From positions 1 to 64,000 of the forward strand of contig JAVZNC010000006.1 in NCBI GenBank assembly GCA_038882955.1: a stretch of 64,000 nucleotides of DNA, read 5' to 3'. Of this stretch, positions 40,824-50,485 are shown piece after piece. The DNA comes from Candidatus Bathyarchaeia archaeon. Its GTDB lineage: Archaea > Thermoproteota > Bathyarchaeia > Bathyarchaeales > Bathycorpusculaceae. Within the stretch, counting starts at the first letter, position 1; each line of letters starts with the position of its first letter. The notes under the pieces were generated by a model. It was not told the origin of the DNA, ran no database searches, and worked only from the letters and a program-made list of their open reading frames with translations. The position numbers were made by a program, and so were the translations under genes.

Positions 40824-41366
40824 CTAATCTCCTTCAGCCAAATAGACAGTTACGTTGCCATCCTTATCCTTTGCGGCTCTCACTCGAATCTTTCTAGGAG
40901 GCTTCTCGATGCCTCTACTCCAAATTCTCTCATTAACCTCATTAGTGATAATAAGTCTCTTGGGTTCCCCCTCTTCCTCGCCTTCCTCGCGAGCCTCAAG
41001 CTTCATGTGCTTTTTCAAAAAGTCTCTCAATATCCTAATGGCTCTTGCTGCTCGCTTGTTAGGCGGCATAATCCAAGCCTTGCCAAGAGGAACAGTGTAA
41101 ATCCGCTCTTCAACAATATCTTCTTCTTTAACCTTCTCCCCACGCTTCGGCTTGGCTTCCTCCTCCAAAACCTCTTCCTCAACTGGTTTTTCCTCAGCTT
41201 CAACAGTCTCTTCAGAAATTTCTTCCCCTTCTTTTTCCTCAGCCTCGACTTCGGCTTCGGCTTTCATTTCAGCTTCTTCTGCTTCCTTCTCAACTTCCTT
41301 GGTCAGCTCTTCAGTCTCCTCTCCGCTTTCTGACTCCTCTTTCTTGACATCTTTCTCTTCTTCCAT
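40824..41366 (-). CDS. rpl31e: Ribosomal protein eL31 with long acidic N-terminal extension
   Basis: ERIYTVPL...KRAARAI...IWSRGIEKPPRKIRV preceded by about 85 aa Glu/Lys-rich segment. Confidence 0.92.
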   Translation of the reverse strand: MEEEKDVKKEESESGEETEELTKEVEKEAEEAEMKAEAEVEAEEKEGEEISEETVEAEEKPVEEEVLEEEAKPKRGEKVKEEDIVEERIYTVPLGKAWIMPPNKRAARAIRILRDFLKKHMKLEAREEGEEEGEPKRLIITNEVNERIWSRGIEKPPRKIRVRAAKDKDGNVTVYLAEGD

Positions 41367-41378
41367 ATGTAGGCACCC

Positions 41379-41534
41379 TTAAGCCTTTATCTTTCTGATG
41401 CGCCATTGCCTCCTCTTTGGATGAGTCCTAAATTTTCCTCCCGTTTTAGCAATGACCCATGTTGGAACAGCCTTCTTTTGTTTTCCAGCCTTTGCAAGTC
41501 TCCTTTTTTTGGCTGTGGGTTTATTTCTCGCCAA
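41379..41534 (-). CDS. rpl39e: Ribosomal protein eL39 (missing from ORF track, 51 aa)
   Basis: TTG start; [51 protein letters not shown]. Confidence 0.95.
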   Translation of the reverse strand: MARNKPTAKKRRLAKAGKQKKAVPTWVIAKTGGKFRTHPKRRQWRIRKIKA

Positions 41535-41536
41535 TT

Positions 41537-41869
41537 TCATATTCTCCTTATTCTTGTTTCGCGTCTCTGAGACTGAAGTTGTATAAGTATCTGTTTAAGC
41601 TGCTCATCACTTAACGGTATTGGAAGCTTTCCTTGCTGCGCCAACTGGATTAACTGCAATTCTAAGGCTTCTGTGAACTCTGGCTTAACCATTTTTAGGT
41701 TCGCGAGTCTCTGCCTAGCATCAGGCGTTAGAATCTTTCTCAGAATTGCCTGTTTCTGCAGCTCCATCTGCTGCTGAATTTGGGCTTGCTTCTGCTCTTC
41801 GGCTAGTTTCTGCTGTAAAGCCAAGAGCTTTCTCTTACGAATTTCTTCAAGCTCCTCCTCAGACATCAC
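41537..41869 (-). CDS. PDCD5-like DNA-binding protein
   Basis: [10 protein letters not shown]...[13 protein letters not shown]. Confidence 0.92.
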   Translation of the reverse strand: MMSEEELEEIRKRKLLALQQKLAEEQKQAQIQQQMELQKQAILRKILTPDARQRLANLKMVKPEFTEALELQLIQLAQQGKLPIPLSDEQLKQILIQLQSQRRETRIRRI

Positions 41870-42333
41870 TCGCCCTTCCCATACTTGGCCAATTGCGGGA
41901 ACTCCTTCGCAAGTCCATTATGCACTTCTTCAGCTATTTCACACATGAGCTTTCTGCCCTCTCGCGTCACAACTCTTCCATTGGGCTTGACGGTTTCAAT
42001 TAAACCAGCAGCCTCCAACTGTTGTAGGGCTTTCCTAATAATGGCTCCGCCAGCCTTGACTGCGTGTTCTGGTCTAACACCGAAATCCTTTCGTCCGCCA
42101 TACTCAGCTCTTAGTTTTTCTGTGCCTATTGGTCCGTGAACATAAATTTTCCTTAAAAGCGAGGCACAGCGCGTGTACCACCAGTCGGGGTCTTGTGGTT
42201 GCTTCTGAACATGCGAGCCCGTCTTCGACATGCTAGCCCATTGGGGCGGATTCACTTCGTCCACGTTCTCCTTTAGATATTTAGCTAATTTTTCGATGAA
42301 TGCTTGTGCTGGAACATCATGCGGGGTTATCAA
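41866..42333 (-). CDS. rps19e: Ribosomal protein eS19
   Basis: PPQWA..KTG, DWWYTRCASLLRK and ALQQLE. Confidence 0.97.
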   Translation of the reverse strand: MITPHDVPAQAFIEKLAKYLKENVDEVNPPQWASMSKTGSHVQKQPQDPDWWYTRCASLLRKIYVHGPIGTEKLRAEYGGRKDFGVRPEHAVKAGGAIIRKALQQLEAAGLIETVKPNGRVVTREGRKLMCEIAEEVHNGLAKEFPQLAKYGKGE

Positions 42334-42446
42334 GACTATTTATTCCTCTCAGCTTTCCTTCAGTAAAACATGAAGCCAAATATAAAGGCTTTCACTTTTA
42401 CCCTACATTTTGTCATTAAGCAAACATGCTGAAAATGTTTACATTT

Positions 42447-42743
42447 CTACTTTTTCGGAGCAACCTTGCTCTTGCGCTTGTAAAGGATGAATGTGTGTCC
42501 CCTAACCTCTATTAGCGACGCTTCTGCCATACCAGCAATTTTGGACGCAATCTGCTTTGCGGTTCCTTTTTCTAGAGCGCTTTTCAAGATTTTAACCTTG
42601 ACCATCTCATTCTTATCTAGCTGTTTCCCAATCTCCATAATAATTTCAGACGAAGCACCACCCTTGCCAATCCATATGGTCGGTTTCTCCATGCTCAATT
42701 CCCGCTTGATTCGTCGCTTCATTCCAACAGTAAGCTTACTCAA
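42447..42743 (-). CDS. YhbY/CRM-domain RNA-binding protein
   Basis: KPTIWIGKGG, EMVKVK and RGHTFILY. Confidence 0.9.
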   Translation of the reverse strand: MSKLTVGMKRRIKRELSMEKPTIWIGKGGASSEIIMEIGKQLDKNEMVKVKILKSALEKGTAKQIASKIAGMAEASLIEVRGHTFILYKRKSKVAPKK

Positions 42744-43062
42744 GAAATGTCTCCCTTCTTCTACTTCTTAATGGAATTCGCATATGCTTACCACATTCGA
42801 GGCATGTTATGACCACGTGTGGTTCTCTCCACTGCCTTATCCGCACACGACAATTTACGCCTGGCAAGATAAAGCTTTTACAGTGGCGACAAACTTGGCG
42901 CCTATACTCTTTTGGCAAACGCACCTTTGCAGCCATGGCTATCCTTCGTGCAATGTCCACGTAACGCTGTGCTAGGGCATGATCTTCGCGGTAAGTTTCC
43001 TTTGCCAAACGAAATAGTGTGTGGATTCTCTGCATGGCGATGCGTTTGGTTTCGGCGTCCAC
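42736..43062 (-). CDS. rnp4: RNase P protein component 4 (Rpp21)
   Basis: IAMQRIHTLF, CRHC...CLECG zinc ribbon. Confidence 0.93.
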   Translation of the reverse strand: MDAETKRIAMQRIHTLFRLAKETYREDHALAQRYVDIARRIAMAAKVRLPKEYRRQVCRHCKSFILPGVNCRVRIRQWREPHVVITCLECGKHMRIPLRSRRRETFLE

Positions 43063-43084
43063 CTTATTTACACGTCACCCTTTT

Positions 43085-43909
43085 TTAGTTCGCAATGAGC
43101 TTCTCTCGAATCTCATTACATTTTTTAGTTGCCTCTTCGACAGCCTTCATTAAGCCTTGGCGAATTTGGCTGCCCTCAAGCTCAAAAATTGCCTCGATGG
43201 TTGTGCCGCCTGGAGTGGTCACCATATCCTTTATTTTCGCTGGGTGTTCCCGCGTTTCAAGGATGAGCTTTCCAGTTCCTAGGACTGTTTGTGCAGAACT
43301 GTAGAGGGCAAGGTCCCTTGGCAAGCCTACCTTTAATCCTGCATACATTAGGGCTTCAATGATTATTGAGATGTATCCTGGTCCGCTTCCGCTTAGGGCT
43401 GTTATGGCATCCATGTATTTTTCTTCAACCTCCTCGGATATGCCCATCATGTCCAAAATTTCCTTGACTTTTCGCTTTTCTTTTGCGTTTAAGCTGTCAT
43501 CACAGCAGTATGCAGTAAAGGACTCTTGGACCAATACGGCGATGTTCGGCATAGTCCTGACAAACTTGGCTTTCGGCGCAATTTTCTTATAAAATCCCAA
43601 AGGAATGGTTGCAGCCGTGGAAATTACAAGTTTACCATCGATTTCTTTGCTTATTTCCTTCAAAACCTTTTCAACATCATTAGGCTTAACGCATAAGAAA
43701 ATTATGTTAGCTTCCCGTGCCGCTCGCCTATTGTCCGCATAAACAGAAGCGCCCAGCTTCTCGATTTCCCTTAGCTTTTCTACATCACGCCTCGTAGCAA
43801 CAACCCTACCCTTATAACCCCTCTTCAAAAGACTCTTAACTATGGCTCCACCAATTACCCCAGCGCCGATAACTGAAATGCACTCCATAAACCCAGCCTC
43901 AATCCACAA
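43085..43909 (-). CDS. proC: Pyrroline-5-carboxylate reductase
   Basis: IGAGVIG, RTMPN, TALSGSGP and VTTPGGTT. Confidence 0.95.
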   Translation of the reverse strand: MWIEAGFMECISVIGAGVIGGAIVKSLLKRGYKGRVVATRRDVEKLREIEKLGASVYADNRRAAREANIIFLCVKPNDVEKVLKEISKEIDGKLVISTAATIPLGFYKKIAPKAKFVRTMPNIAVLVQESFTAYCCDDSLNAKEKRKVKEILDMMGISEEVEEKYMDAITALSGSGPGYISIIIEALMYAGLKVGLPRDLALYSSAQTVLGTGKLILETREHPAKIKDMVTTPGGTTIEAIFELEGSQIRQGLMKAVEEATKKCNEIREKLIAN

Positions 43910-43989
43910 TATTATATTTAACTAACAGAATAACAAGCTGATGCGCTATAAAAATAGATTACCTTTCAAAATTTCATGAGTGATGTTGG

Positions 43990-44101
43990 TGGCGCCGGGG
44001 GTGGGATTTGAACCCACGCGGCCCGTTATGGGCCACAGGCTTAATGGCGTTTATGCGTTTTGTCTCCAGGCCTGCTCCCTACCTGACTAGGAGACCCCGG
44101 C
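43990..44101 (-). tRNA. tRNA-Ser(GGA) with 22-nt intron at canonical 37/38 position (44042-44063), CCA encoded
   Basis: GCCGGGG...CCCCGGC-G-CCA; CAGGC-CTGGAG[ACAAAACGCATAAACGCCATTA]A-GCCTG; long variable arm. Confidence 0.93.
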
Positions 44102-44220
44102 TTTAATTTGGTGCTTAAGTTTAATTTGATTTTTTGTTTATTATGGCTTTTGTGTTTATTGCGTGTTCAATGTTTTGTTGGTTTGTGTCTGAAAAGGTTT
44201 ATATTTAGGGTTCTTGATGT

Positions 44221-45192
44221 GTGTGGGAAACCGGGCTGCATATGGAGCCTTTGATTTTAGGCGCCGTTGCATTTGCAGCGAGTTTATTGCTCCTATATGT
44301 TGGCGCCAAGAAAACGTTGCAGGGAGCCGTTTGCTTAGCTAACAGCATGTGCATTAACAAGGTTGTTGCGGGCACTGTCGTTGTGGCGTCTATTACCGCT
44401 TTGCCGGAGTTGATGAGTTCGCTCATGGCTGTTTTTTGGGGGTCATCCCATTTGGCGCTTGGGAATCTTATAGGCTCAAACATTTACAATATACCCTTGA
44501 TTATTGGATTGTGCGGTTTAATTAGGGAGTTTAAAATGAAAAATTCGTCTGTTGTGACTGAAAGCGCTTTTATGATTGTTTTAAGTTCGATTTTCGCCGT
44601 AATCATAATCCTAACTGGTCAAGTGACTTGGTGGCTTGGTCTAATTTTTCTTTTCGCGTATCTGCTGTTCATTTATTATTCAATTCGAAAGTCAAACAAC
44701 AATCATGAGGGTGATGGGAATGGAAGTTCAAGAAAAGCTTTGGCGTATGTTATTCTTGGTGGTGCTGCGCTTTTGGGCGGCACGGCGTTGCTTGTGCGTA
44801 GTGCTTTGCTTATTAGCGAAGTTTTTGGTTTAAGGGAGTTTTATGTTGGACTTACGATTACTGCTTTGGGCTGTATTATTCCAGAGGCTGCGGTCTCCAT
44901 ATTTGCCGCTTTAGAAGGGGAGGAGGAAATATCAATTGGCAACGTTATAGGCGACAACATTATCACAATCTCTCTTGTTTTCGGGCTTGTTGCAATAATA
45001 GTTCCATTTAGGGGGCGTTCTTTTGAAGTGGCGCCTCAAGAAATCCTTACAACCGTGCCCTTCATGGTTCTTGTCACGGTTATGCTACTTGTTATGAGTA
45101 AGAAGCATCAAAGAATTACTAGACCATTAAGCGTTTTAATGTTAATTGTTGCCGCAGTAAGTTTTATAGTTCAAACGCTATTTCTAGCTTAA
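44221..45192 (+). CDS. Na+/Ca2+ exchanger (YrbG-like)
   Basis: Alpha repeats TALPEL...GNLIGSNIYN and CIIPEA...GNVIGDN. Confidence 0.9.
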   Translation: MWETGLHMEPLILGAVAFAASLLLLYVGAKKTLQGAVCLANSMCINKVVAGTVVVASITALPELMSSLMAVFWGSSHLALGNLIGSNIYNIPLIIGLCGLIREFKMKNSSVVTESAFMIVLSSIFAVIIILTGQVTWWLGLIFLFAYLLFIYYSIRKSNNNHEGDGNGSSRKALAYVILGGAALLGGTALLVRSALLISEVFGLREFYVGLTITALGCIIPEAAVSIFAALEGEEEISIGNVIGDNIITISLVFGLVAIIVPFRGRSFEVAPQEILTTVPFMVLVTVMLLVMSKKHQRITRPLSVLMLIVAAVSFIVQTLFLA

Positions 45193-45454
45193 ACGTGCAT
45201 AAAGCGGTGCGAGTGAACATTTTGAGGATTGATAAAGGGTATTTAACGGTTTTGTTTAGTGTTCTTATGTAGCTGTGTATGTCGTTCTCGCACTCTCTGG
45301 TCATTAGCATAATAAATTTGAGGGCTTTTATCTTGAAAGATGGCTTTTTGCGTTTGCGGTAGGATTTGCGGTGAGTATTTAACGTCTTTGGCTGTAATCC
45401 CGGTTGTAAGAAGAATTGTTAGGTTAACTGGCTAAATGCCTTCTACTGAATTCT

Positions 45455-46096
45455 TTATTCTTTTTCTGCGATTAAAACTCGGTATCCGCTTTTTCTTGCG
45501 TGCACCTTAACGTTTCCAAAAGCTTCTTTGAAAATGTTTTGCATTCTTTCTCCACAGATTTTTGATTTTAGAACCATTTGGAAAGTAGCTCCATGCGTTA
45601 TGTGTTCTGGTGCTTTGGAAACTATTGCCTTGACGGTTTTTATTCCAGCACTTACTGGTGGGTTTGAGAGAATACAATTGAATTTTAAGTTTTTAACTGG
45701 CTCGTATAGGATGCCGCGTTTAACCGTGGCATTGTAGACTTTGTTTACTTGTATATTTTGTCTTGCAAGCCAAACAGCCCTCTCATTTACGTCGACCATT
45801 ACCACGTGTAATTTTGGATTGAGTTTGGCTGCTGCTATTCCAACGGCGCCGTAACCGCATCCGACATCCAACACGTGTCCTTCTTCTGGAAGAGACATAG
45901 ACTCGATTAGTAATCTAGTGCCCAAATCCACGCGTTTCTTTGAAAAAACGCCAGACGCTGTTAAAAATTCGAATTGTTTTCCTCGAAGATATGTGCGTAC
46001 AAGTCCAAGCTTTATCTTTGACCTTTGTTCAGCAGTGAAATAGTGGCTGAAGGCATTTGCTTTATTATGCGTCATATTTCTCCGCTTTTCCAACAT
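45455..46096 (-). CDS. RsmC-like small methyltransferase
   Basis: SHYF, GVFSKKRVDLGTRLL, LDVGCGYG and SNPP. Confidence 0.9.
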   Translation of the reverse strand: MLEKRRNMTHNKANAFSHYFTAEQRSKIKLGLVRTYLRGKQFEFLTASGVFSKKRVDLGTRLLIESMSLPEEGHVLDVGCGYGAVGIAAAKLNPKLHVVMVDVNERAVWLARQNIQVNKVYNATVKRGILYEPVKNLKFNCILSNPPVSAGIKTVKAIVSKAPEHITHGATFQMVLKSKICGERMQNIFKEAFGNVKVHARKSGYRVLIAEKE

Positions 46097-47113
46097 TTGG
46101 GGTAAGTGCCCCTTGGCATGAGCACCCTTTCAGTTTTAGCTACAATACCATGATTCATGTTCAAGATTTCCTCTGCGGATGCAACGGCTTTAGCTAAGGC
46201 TACGGCTTCGCCCTTCAATGTGAATATAGCCACAACTGAGCCTAGGTCTATTCCAGTTTCAAGCGATAACACGCCTGGTGCTGTTAGGCTTGCACCGTGG
46301 CAGATTGCCTCAACGGCTGAATCTCTAACGTAAATTTTTGGGATAAGCGCCAAAGCCTTTTCCATTGGCTGTATGAATTTTCTCAAGATTTCGTCGTCTT
46401 TTCTTTCTTGCCATTCCCTAAACCAGTATGCAACCTCGTGCAGTGTGGCTATTCCCTCGTTTTCGATGAAAGGTCCCGCCCTTGTTCTGCGTAGTTCTTG
46501 CATGTGCGCCCCGCATCCGAGAACTTCTCCGATGTCGTAGCATAGTTTACGTATGTATGTTCCGCCTTCACAACCAACCTTGAAAAGAACGTTTCGCCCA
46601 CTCATTTCCAAAAACTCGTTGTAATAGATTTTCCTTGTCCTAAGCCTCCGCTTCACAGAAGCTCTTACAGGCGGTTTCTGATAAATCGTGTCCTCAAATT
46701 CACTCAAGACTTCTCTAACACGGTCTTCAGATACATCGGCGTGCAGCTTCATTAGGCAAACGTATTCTTTTCCACTGTAGAGCAGAGCCTGAACAACCCT
46801 TCTTGATTCCTCAAGTGTTATTGGCAGTACACCGGTCACGTTGGGGTTTCTCTGGCGTTTATCGCGCCCCTAGAGTCCCGCCGTGACCGACTTGCTTTAG
46901 GTTTAGGATGCGTTTGACCCAAGCAGCAATTTCGTGGCTTGTTGGGCCGGCTGGTTTGTCAAGGTTTATTACGCCGTAGCGTATGTATTCTTCGGCTGGT
47001 CTTTCTTCTGGTTTGTGTCCGTACTTCGGATCTGTTTTGTCTTCGGCTTTAACTATTGTTTTGCGTTCAATTTCCCATGGCGGAATGCTTCTTGGCATGA
47101 GTTGATGCATCAC
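46072..47113 (-). CDS. cbf5: H/ACA RNA-guided pseudouridine synthase Cbf5, interrupted by a 22-nt intron
   Basis: Two ORFs (46859-47113 and 46072-46839) join as [15 protein letters not shown] after removing 46848-46869; [19 protein letters not shown] and PUA domain present. Confidence 0.95.
46848..46869 (-). other. Bulge-helix-bulge pre-mRNA intron in cbf5
   Basis: GGGA-CUCU-AG|G-GGCG-CGAUAAA-CGCC-AGAG-AA|A-CCCC: 4-bp central helix CUCU/AGAG with two 3-nt bulges; splits the G|AC Asp codon. Confidence 0.92.
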
Positions 47114-47151
47114 TCCCTTATTTTATACTGAGAAGTAAGAGGTATAATAGT

Positions 47152-47448
47152 TTAAACTGGAGTTATTTTTGGCTTAATAACTTGCGTCATCTCCTCGATT
47201 TTGCCAACTTCCTTAAGTGCCTCCATAACTTCCTCGTCTGTTGCGCCTCTCTTAATGTTTATCTTTTCTTGTAATGGCTCAACGTGGTTTACGTTTGCCC
47301 TTCGCCTTTTCACGCCAGTCAAATTTTTGGGTCCTGTGATTAAAACGAAGCTTTTGTCTATAACGTCAACTATTACACATTTTCTTCCAGCCTCTCGCCC
47401 AGTAAGTTTAAGGCATATTCTACCAACTTCTATTGCTGGCATTTCCAA
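47152..47448 (-). CDS. rpl14e: Ribosomal protein eL14
   Basis: [25 protein letters not shown]. Confidence 0.96.
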   Translation of the reverse strand: MEMPAIEVGRICLKLTGREAGRKCVIVDVIDKSFVLITGPKNLTGVKRRRANVNHVEPLQEKINIKRGATDEEVMEALKEVGKIEEMTQVIKPKITPV

Positions 47449-47528
47449 ATCACCTCTAGAATTGTATAGAAACCGTTTAAAGACATATATTTAATGATTG
47501 CTCAATTATAGGTTAGGCTTGGATTAGA

Positions 47529-47999
47529 ATGGCAAAAAGCAAAACATGGTTTGAAAAACTTGTGAGTAGCAAGGATTTGCCGAAGGTGCAGAAGATTAGT
47601 GGAAAAATGAGTAAACGTTGGGGCGAGGGCACAATGGTTATTCCAGCGCCAATTGAAGTTGACGAGATTATGAGAAAAGTGCCCAAGGGAAAGTTGATGA
47701 CCATAAACGAAATTCGCATAGCCCTAGCTAAAAAACACAAAGCAACAATTGCTTGTCTCATGACTACTGGTATGTTCGCATGGATTGCTGCAAACGCTGC
47801 AGAAGAGCAGAGGCAAAAAGGCGAGAGGAATTTTACTCCTTACTGGCGCACATTAAAGGTTGGCGGAGTAATAAACGAGAAATATCCTGGCGGGGTTGAA
47901 GAGCAGAAGCGGCTTTTAGAGAATGAGGGACACAAGGTGATAAAGAAGGGAAAGAACTTCATCGTTGCTGATTATGAAAATTTTCTGGTTAAGCCATGA
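47529..47999 (+). CDS. MGMT/alkyltransferase-like DNA-binding protein
   Basis: VPKGKLMT HTH start, PYWRT in place of PCHRV and QKRLLENEG. Confidence 0.7.
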   Translation: MAKSKTWFEKLVSSKDLPKVQKISGKMSKRWGEGTMVIPAPIEVDEIMRKVPKGKLMTINEIRIALAKKHKATIACLMTTGMFAWIAANAAEEQRQKGERNFTPYWRTLKVGGVINEKYPGGVEEQKRLLENEGHKVIKKGKNFIVADYENFLVKP

Positions 48000-49344
48000 A
48001 CTTTTCAACAACGTTGTAGAGGACGCTTGTTCCGAAAATTAAATTTTGTATTGATATGTGCTCATCTATTCCGTGAACCATTTTCAATATTTCCCCGTAG
48101 GGTAAGTCTGCTTGCATTGGTTGAAAACCATAGCACACGCTGCCCAATGCTCTGAAAAATCTGGAATCCGTTCCGCCAGTTAACATGAGCGGTGCCGCCA
48201 AGCAGTTTGGCTCAAACTCTCTTAGGGTTTCCACAATGCTCTTGTACAACGGGGTGTTCATGGGTGATTCTGAAGGTTCGTTGGCTTGGATTTTTTCAAA
48301 TTCAAGTTTTTCCAAGTTAACGTCTTTCAGCAACTCTTTGATTTCTTCCATAGCTTGTGCTGTTGTTTTTCCTGGCAAAATTCTGCAGTCAAATACTGCC
48401 TCGCATTCCGATGGTATTATGTTTTCTTTTACGCCACCGTGAATCATTGTTGGCGCTATTGTCATCCTCAACATTGCACGGATGTCCTCGGCTACTGCCC
48501 TATCCATTTTGGAAAGCTCATCAAGCACCTTGTCGGCTTCAGCTGGTTTTTTGAGGATGGATGAAAGGTACGGTTTTAATTGCTTGTTTCCTTCCGCAAT
48601 TGCCTCCAAATAATATTTAGTTGTTGATGTAAGCGATATCGCTGAGCGATAATTGCCAAGCTTATCCACAACTTTGTTAATGCGTATTATAGCGTTGTCC
48701 GCCAAACCAGGTTTTGAGCCGTGTCCTGGTCTACCCTTCGCCTTGATTTTCAGCCACAAAATTCCCTTTTCAGACGTTTGAATCGTGTAGATGTTTCTGC
48801 CGTCATCGGCTGGTATTGCAAAACCGCCGCCCTCGTTTATAACGTAGCCTGCCCGAACCTTTTCTGGGTAATTGCGCACAAGCCATCCAGCTCCAGCTTC
48901 TCCGCCCTTTTCTTCGTCTGCTGTCGCTGCCAATATTACGTCTCCCTTGAGTTTCACACGGTTCCTTTTCAGAAGTTTCATAACCATAATTTCGATGGCG
49001 GTCATGGACTTCATGTCTAGTGCACCTCTTCCCCAAACGAAACCGTCATTAACCATCCCAGAGAATGGGTCAACGCTCCATTCCTTTGGGTTTGCTGCTA
49101 CAACGTCTAGATGCGAAAGTAGCAATAAGCTTGGTTTTTCGCCGCTTCCTTTTAGGCGTGTGATCACGCTGCCTCTTCCAGGGGCCGACTCAAAGAGCTC
49201 ACATTTGAATCCGTCTTTCTCCAAAGTTTTTGCCACGTATTTTGCGGCTTCAGTCTCGTTTCCAGGAGGGTTTGTCGTGTTTATACGAATTAAGCCGCTG
49301 AGAAGGCTTGTAACTTCCTTCTCAACCTCTTTAATTAGTCGCAT
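47989..49344 (-). CDS. M20 family metallopeptidase/deacylase
   Basis: SHLDVV, WGRGALDMK, DEEKGG, NEGG, GGTDSR and HGIDE. Confidence 0.92.
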   Translation of the reverse strand: MRLIKEVEKEVTSLLSGLIRINTTNPPGNETEAAKYVAKTLEKDGFKCELFESAPGRGSVITRLKGSGEKPSLLLLSHLDVVAANPKEWSVDPFSGMVNDGFVWGRGALDMKSMTAIEIMVMKLLKRNRVKLKGDVILAATADEEKGGEAGAGWLVRNYPEKVRAGYVINEGGGFAIPADDGRNIYTIQTSEKGILWLKIKAKGRPGHGSKPGLADNAIIRINKVVDKLGNYRSAISLTSTTKYYLEAIAEGNKQLKPYLSSILKKPAEADKVLDELSKMDRAVAEDIRAMLRMTIAPTMIHGGVKENIIPSECEAVFDCRILPGKTTAQAMEEIKELLKDVNLEKLEFEKIQANEPSESPMNTPLYKSIVETLREFEPNCLAAPLMLTGGTDSRFFRALGSVCYGFQPMQADLPYGEILKMVHGIDEHISIQNLIFGTSVLYNVVEKFMA

Positions 49345-49412
49345 TTGTAGGCATCTCGCTTTTCTTTATCTGTCCTAACGTTTAAGCTGGTCTAACCGTT
49401 TAAGCTTTACAT

Positions 49413-49759
49413 TTAGCATGTCAAATGGAAGGCGCCGACCACGCACTTTTTTGATTTTAGAAGTTTGTTGAATGTTTGGCAAGCTTCCTTTGTCGGCTGA
49501 GTTATTAACGTGATTCCTTGAGATTTTAAGGCGTTTTCGACTTCTGGCAAAATTTTCACTATACCATAATAGCCAGTTCCGATTACAAGGGTTTCTGGTT
49601 TTGACTCGCTGTTAAGAACTTCCTTTAAATCTTCTAGACAAACTTTGTGTCCTTCCCTTCTCCACCAACCGTCAAAACTCTCTCTGGAAAAATTATAACA
49701 TCGCTTGTGTACCTTTTGCCGTTGACAACTATAACGCCGAAATCGTAGGAATCTATCAA
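49413..49759 (-). pseudogene. Mth938/DUF498-like gene with a single frameshift
   Basis: MIDSYDFGVIVVNGKRYTSDVIIFPERV, frame change near 49674-49677, then DGWWRREGHKVCLED...VIGTGYYG...VGAFHLTC*; total length 347 nt (3n+2). Confidence 0.85.
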
Positions 49760-49841
49760 CGTGTTTCCTCCAGCAAAGATTTTAGGATAACAGAAGCTTA
49801 AATTTCTTAACCGCCACCATCATTCCTTATCAAAAGGGAAA

Positions 49842-50429
49842 ATGGCAATGCGCGTGCTAAAGCGAAGTTTTTACGAAAGAGATCCCGCATGCGTCGCAAA
49901 AGAACTTTTGGGAAAAAGGTTAATTAGAAGGCTGAATTCGGAGACTCTTTCTGGAAGAATTGTTGAAACAGAAGCCTACTACGGCGAAAAAGACCCAGCC
50001 TCAAAGGCGTATAAAGGTAGGAAAAATTTTAATGAACCCATGTTTCTCGATGTCGGCAAAGCGTTTATTTACATGGTTCATGGGAATTGGCTTCTAAACA
50101 TAGTTGCGCATCCGAAAGGCGATGTTGGAGCAGTTTTAATAAGAGCTTTAGAGCCATTAGACGGTATAGAAATCATGCAAACCAACCGAAACATAAAGAT
50201 CTTGTATAAGCTAACAAGTGGTCCTGGGATGCTAACCAGGTCTTTGGCAATAACCAAGGCGCTCAATGGTATTGATGTAACCGAAGCGGACAGCCCTTTG
50301 CTTATAGTTGCGGATGACAAGGGGATTTTTGAGATTGGTTCTTCTCGCAGAGTAGGCGTCAAGGCTGATTTGCCTCGAAACTTAAGATTTTTCATTAAAG
50401 AGAACAAGTTTGTTTCGAGAGTTCCGTAA
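49842..50429 (+). CDS. mpg: 3-methyladenine DNA glycosylase (MPG/AAG family)
   Basis: GRIVETEAY, AVLIRALEP, SGPG and RRVGV. Confidence 0.93.
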   Translation: MAMRVLKRSFYERDPACVAKELLGKRLIRRLNSETLSGRIVETEAYYGEKDPASKAYKGRKNFNEPMFLDVGKAFIYMVHGNWLLNIVAHPKGDVGAVLIRALEPLDGIEIMQTNRNIKILYKLTSGPGMLTRSLAITKALNGIDVTEADSPLLIVADDKGIFEIGSSRRVGVKADLPRNLRFFIKENKFVSRVP

Positions 50430-50485
50430 AATGGTTTAGAAGCACTTTTATTTTCAGTATTATACAAGATTCTTGAGGACTCTGG

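Noticed and set aside
45193-45454. Intergenic gap with GTATTTAACG twice and a GTGCGAG/CTCGCAC inverted pair as ncRNA
   Set aside because: The matches are short and no C/D or H/ACA boxes or ORF could be identified.
46072-47113. cbf5 as a frameshifted pseudogene or two genes
   Set aside because: A 22-nt BHB intron restores the frame and the catalytic Asp exactly.
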